From Candidatus Levyibacteriota bacterium (GTDB lineage: Bacteria > Patescibacteriota > Microgenomatia > Levybacterales > UBA12049), in the NCBI GenBank assembly GCA_040900105.1, contig JBBDZP010000010.1, positions 1 to 46,443 on the forward strand: a stretch of 46,443 bases of DNA, given 5' to 3'. The notes under the pieces were generated by a model. The model was not told where the DNA came from. It worked only from the letters and a program-made list of their open reading frames with translations, and did no database searches. This document shows, piece by piece, positions 43,270-46,443 of the stretch. Numbering within the stretch: position 1 is the stretch's first letter; every line of letters starts with the position of its first letter. The position numbers and the translations under genes are program-made.

Positions 43270-46137
43270 TTATAAGGAACTACAGAGCATCTTATATTCG
43301 CAGCTTTGGCAAAGCACACTTTTACTGCAGGTAAAATCACTTTTCTCAATTTCTTCGATTTTTTCTATAAGTTCATCTTCCAATTTATCTAAATCTTCTT
43401 GTTTAAAATTCATAGTTTTTTTTGTATTTCCTTCAAGAAAATGAAGAGTTAAGGTAATGTCCTGCGGATTTTTGTTAAGAATTGAATCTTTTACCTTTGT
43501 TGCAGCAAGGGCATAAATTTTTAGTTGAAGTTCATGCGATACTTTTGCTTTTGGATTATCTTCCCCAGTCTTATAATCTATTATCTCAATCCCACCCCCC
43601 TTTTTATCAATGCGGTCAATTTTGCCAAAAACCTTAACACCATTTTTTAAATTAAAAGAAAAAGGTAGCTCAAGCCCAATAGTTTTTGCTGGAGTTTTTA
43701 ACTCCGTTTCATAGAAGTTTTTAAGCATTTGGGTCGCTTGAGAAAAGCGCTCTTGTTCATGCTTCTTTCCATTATATCCATCACTCATCCATTCCTTCTT
43801 GAGTATTTCAGTTAGTAATTTTAGTGATGGGATTTCTCCGTCTTGCAGTCTTTTATAGAAGTTATATAAAGTGTTGTGTATGGAAATACCAAAACTTTGG
43901 ACTGCTGCTACTGGTGTAGGAATATTAAAAATAACTTTCGCTTTGTAGTGTAGTGGGCATATATCAAACATCTGTAAATTTGAAAAAGTTATATAGCTTA
44001 ACTTAAGAGGTATTTTTTCTTCTTTTTCTCCTTCCTTATTTTCATAAACGGAAAGCACATCAGTAAGAGATAACTGTTGTACTTTATTTTTTTCTTTCTC
44101 TTGTTCTCTTAATTTTGGTAACGCTTCATGAACAAAAGGAGAGATTTTTCTGGGCCGTTTTCCTGTTCCGTAATAATTTGCGGCAGTAAAGAATAGTTTT
44201 TCTTTTGCCCGTGTCACTCCTACATAAAAGAGTCTTCTTTCTTCTTCCATATGAAAATCTGAATCTGAAGGGAGTAGTTCTTTAATAATTCCTGCAGGTA
44301 GGGGAATTTTTTCACTTCTTTCCCGTGAAGGAAATCTGTCGGATACAAGATTTACTAAAAACACAACCTTAAATTCCAACCCTTTGGATGAATGTACTGT
44401 TAAAATATTTACAGCATTTTTGTCTCTTGAATCAATATCGGCGGCTCTGGGGCTTTCTCCCATTTGAATCATAAGACTTAACCATTCAACAAGAGTAAAT
44501 ATATTCGCATCAGAGCGTTCTGTTTCAAAATTTTTTATTCTATCGAAGAATTTAGCTATGTTGTTAACCCTGCGTTCTTCTGTTGTCGACTCGGCTAAGT
44601 TGAGAGTTTCAAAAAGTTTGGAATCAACCAGAAAATAATAAAGAATTTGTCCAGCAGATCCTTTCTTGCTTTTTTCCAAATGTCTTTCCGCCATTTTTCT
44701 AAAATGTACCAATTTCTCCTGGGTCCGTGGTTTTAAAAACGACTGATCAATATCTTGAAGCACTTCAAAAAGTGTTAGATTTCTTTTCTTTGCAAAATTA
44801 AGAAGATAATTGAGCTCTATATAAGGTATGTCAAATATTTCCATAGAAAGCACCCTAAAAAGAGATACAGAATCAGAAAGATTTGTAAGGAAAGTAAGAT
44901 AAGCAATTAGATCTTTTATTTCGTCCTGCTGAAAAAGATACCCAGGCCCTAAAAATTGAAAAGGAATCTTGTGTCTTGCAAGTGCAGTCGTAATAAGCTG
45001 GGCATGATTATTTGCTCTTACTAAAACAGCAATATCTTTGTATTCGTATCTATCTTTTACTAGCTCGTTAATCTTTTGCGCTATTACATCGGCTTCATCT
45101 TCGGATCGGTTTTCATGAATCAATTCAGCTTCTTTTTTGGGAGCCATAGAATGACTTTTGAGTTTCTTATCTATACCTTCAACTACCTCAAGCCTATTAG
45201 GATTATTATGTTGAATTAGCTGGTATGCCGCATCTAAGATTGGTTGAGTAGATCTATAGTTAACATTAAGAGTAACTATTGATGCGTCCGGAAAATTTTT
45301 CTTAAACTGTAAAACGTTTGAAACCGCAGCGCCTCTGAATCTGTATATAGATTGATCATCATCCGCAACCACAGTAATGTTGCGATCGCCTCCGGCTAGC
45401 AGAATTGCCAACTCATTCTGAGCGTAATTTGTGTCCTGAAACTCGTCAACCAATATAAATTTAAATTGATTTTGATATTTTTTTAAAACATTTTTTCTCT
45501 GTCTAAACAACAATAAGGTGTTTGATATAAGATCAGAAAAATCCACTACAGATTCTTTTACTTTTAACTCTTCATATTTTTTATAGGAATTTGCCAGTTC
45601 CAGATATTGCTTCGTTTCCTCGTTGGTTTCTTGTTTTTCTACCCATTTAATATACTCCTCTGGCGATATATCCTCATCTTTAAGTCTTGAAAAATGAGTA
45701 AGAAGTGCATCTATAAATTTAGTAGGGTTTCCAAGAGGTCTAAAATATTTAAGTCCCATATCAAAAATATTTTTACGCAGTAGTAATATCGCTTCTGTAT
45801 CTGAGACTAATTTATAGCTTGGATCTAGCCCAATGGTATGTGCTTCGTCTCTAAGTATTCTGTCGCAAAAGGAATGAAAGGTATGAATCCAAAGATTTGT
45901 GTAGCCGTAGGGGAGAAGAGTATCCACTCTCTCTTGCATTTCAAACGCAGCCTTCTCTGTAAAAGTCAAAGCTAAAATACTCGACGGCGGCATTTCTTTG
46001 TCGACAATTAAATATTTGATGCGCTCTGTTATGACGGTAGTTTTTCCAGTTCCTGCGCCTGCAATTATGAGAAGAGGGCCATTTTTGTGTATTACAGCCT
46101 CCCGCTGCTGTTTATTTAGAATCCTTTGCTCGCTCAT
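43270..46137 (-). CDS. UvrD/PcrA-type superfamily-1 helicase fused to a C-terminal PD-(D/E)xK Cas4/AddB-like Fe-S nuclease
   Basis: Walker A AGAGTGKT and motif II VDEFQDT are present. The C-terminal nuclease motifs are GKIDRID...IEIIDYKTG. The Cys set is DICPLHY plus C-x5-C-x2-C-x5-C (CSKSVLCQSCEYKMLC). I moved the start to ATG 46137 (MSEQRILNKQQ) from the ORF-track 46188. Confidence 0.88.
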   Translation of the reverse strand: MSEQRILNKQQREAVIHKNGPLLIIAGAGTGKTTVITERIKYLIVDKEMPPSSILALTFTEKAAFEMQERVDTLLPYGYTNLWIHTFHSFCDRILRDEAHTIGLDPSYKLVSDTEAILLLRKNIFDMGLKYFRPLGNPTKFIDALLTHFSRLKDEDISPEEYIKWVEKQETNEETKQYLELANSYKKYEELKVKESVVDFSDLISNTLLLFRQRKNVLKKYQNQFKFILVDEFQDTNYAQNELAILLAGGDRNITVVADDDQSIYRFRGAAVSNVLQFKKNFPDASIVTLNVNYRSTQPILDAAYQLIQHNNPNRLEVVEGIDKKLKSHSMAPKKEAELIHENRSEDEADVIAQKINELVKDRYEYKDIAVLVRANNHAQLITTALARHKIPFQFLGPGYLFQQDEIKDLIAYLTFLTNLSDSVSLFRVLSMEIFDIPYIELNYLLNFAKKRNLTLFEVLQDIDQSFLKPRTQEKLVHFRKMAERHLEKSKKGSAGQILYYFLVDSKLFETLNLAESTTEERRVNNIAKFFDRIKNFETERSDANIFTLVEWLSLMIQMGESPRAADIDSRDKNAVNILTVHSSKGLEFKVVFLVNLVSDRFPSRERSEKIPLPAGIIKELLPSDSDFHMEEERRLFYVGVTRAKEKLFFTAANYYGTGKRPRKISPFVHEALPKLREQEKEKNKVQQLSLTDVLSVYENKEGEKEEKIPLKLSYITFSNLQMFDICPLHYKAKVIFNIPTPVAAVQSFGISIHNTLYNFYKRLQDGEIPSLKLLTEILKKEWMSDGYNGKKHEQERFSQATQMLKNFYETELKTPAKTIGLELPFSFNLKNGVKVFGKIDRIDKKGGGIEIIDYKTGEDNPKAKVSHELQLKIYALAATKVKDSILNKNPQDITLTLHFLEGNTKKTMNFKQEDLDKLEDELIEKIEEIEKSDFTCSKSVLCQSCEYKMLCSSL

Positions 46138-46228
46138 TTTAGTCCTGCCTGCCGGTAGGCAGTATTGTACCATAAGAAAACTAACCATCCTACCATCGTG
46201 GAAGGTGCATTTCGAGGTATTAAAAATC

Positions 46229-46443
46229 CTACTCTACAACTATGACTGTGCCTGTTTTGGTAGCGTCTAGATGGTTGTGATAGCCGTAAGTTCCGACTGT
46301 ATCAAAAACTAAAGAGACACCCTGTCCATCACCAAAGTTACCGAGATTAAGAGCTGGGTAAATCGAGTGAGTTGGATGAGGATTAGAACTTACATTCCCA
46401 ACCTGCCCGCTACTATTTGTCCAGATAACCGTTGCTCCTGCCT
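46229..46443 (-). CDS. Cupredoxin-like domain protein, C-terminal fragment (N-terminus outside window)
   Basis: My translation is ...AGATVIWTNSSGQVGNVSSNPHPTHSIYPALNLGNFGDGQGVSLVFDTVGTYGYHNHLDATKTGTVIVVE*. This is a plastocyanin-like pattern (G.TV.W.N...H...F...G.Y.Y..H...G.I.V). An Asn sits where the Cys ligand is expected. Confidence 0.55.
   Translation of the reverse strand, partial: AGATVIWTNSSGQVGNVSSNPHPTHSIYPALNLGNFGDGQGVSLVFDTVGTYGYHNHLDATKTGTVIVVE

Overview
This window comes from a small, AT-rich bacterial genome and holds almost the whole transcription/translation super-operon in conserved order. All family calls come from motifs I recognise in the translations and from gene order; no database search was run.

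Gene order:
- nth and one orphan gene (minus strand)
- rpoB-rpoC
- rpsL-rpsG
- a ~4 kb non-ribosomal insert
- fusA, a cupin-like orphan, tuf, rpsJ
- rplC-rplD-rplW-rplB-rpsS-rplV-rpsC-rplP-rpmC-rpsQ-rplN-rplX-rplE-rpsZ-rpsH-rplF-rplR-rpsE-rplO-secY-adk-(P-loop kinase)-cmk-map
- infA-rpmJ-rpsM-rpsK-rpsD-rpoA-rplQ-rplM-rpsI
- uppS-like (minus strand)
- tRNA-Pro(GGG), recA, M16 peptidase, recX, GNAT, rny, hup, AI-2E permease, RNase P RNA
- UvrD-type helicase fused to a Cas4/AddB-like nuclease (minus strand), then a cupredoxin-like gene fragment (minus strand)

I infer a CPR/Patescibacteria-type organism using the standard genetic code. The evidence is the missing L30 between rpsE and rplO, several ribosomal proteins with low-complexity extensions, and spacers full of short repeats. 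I see no CRISPR array, transposase, intact integrase or rRNA.

Observations most worth a second look:
1. The str operon is split by an AT-rich mini-island. It holds a leaderless orphan gene, a tRNA-derived cloverleaf-like RNA, a 24-nt att-like direct repeat, and an overlapping DUF5678-like/retropepsin-like gene pair.
2. A near-identical ~19-nt GC-rich motif sits in frame inside rpsL, fusA and recA, always encoding SSGQ. Relatives of the motif occur in spacers.
3. A/T-rich tandem repeats with a 7-nt period sit at many gene boundaries and inside the rplD and rplQ coding extensions.
4. A 28-nt module conserved 25/28 follows the stop codons of both rplW and rpsM.
5. Promoter-plus-terminator (attenuator-like) leaders precede rpoB and rplC.

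I found no clear multi-gene novel system. Items 1 and 2 are the best candidates.
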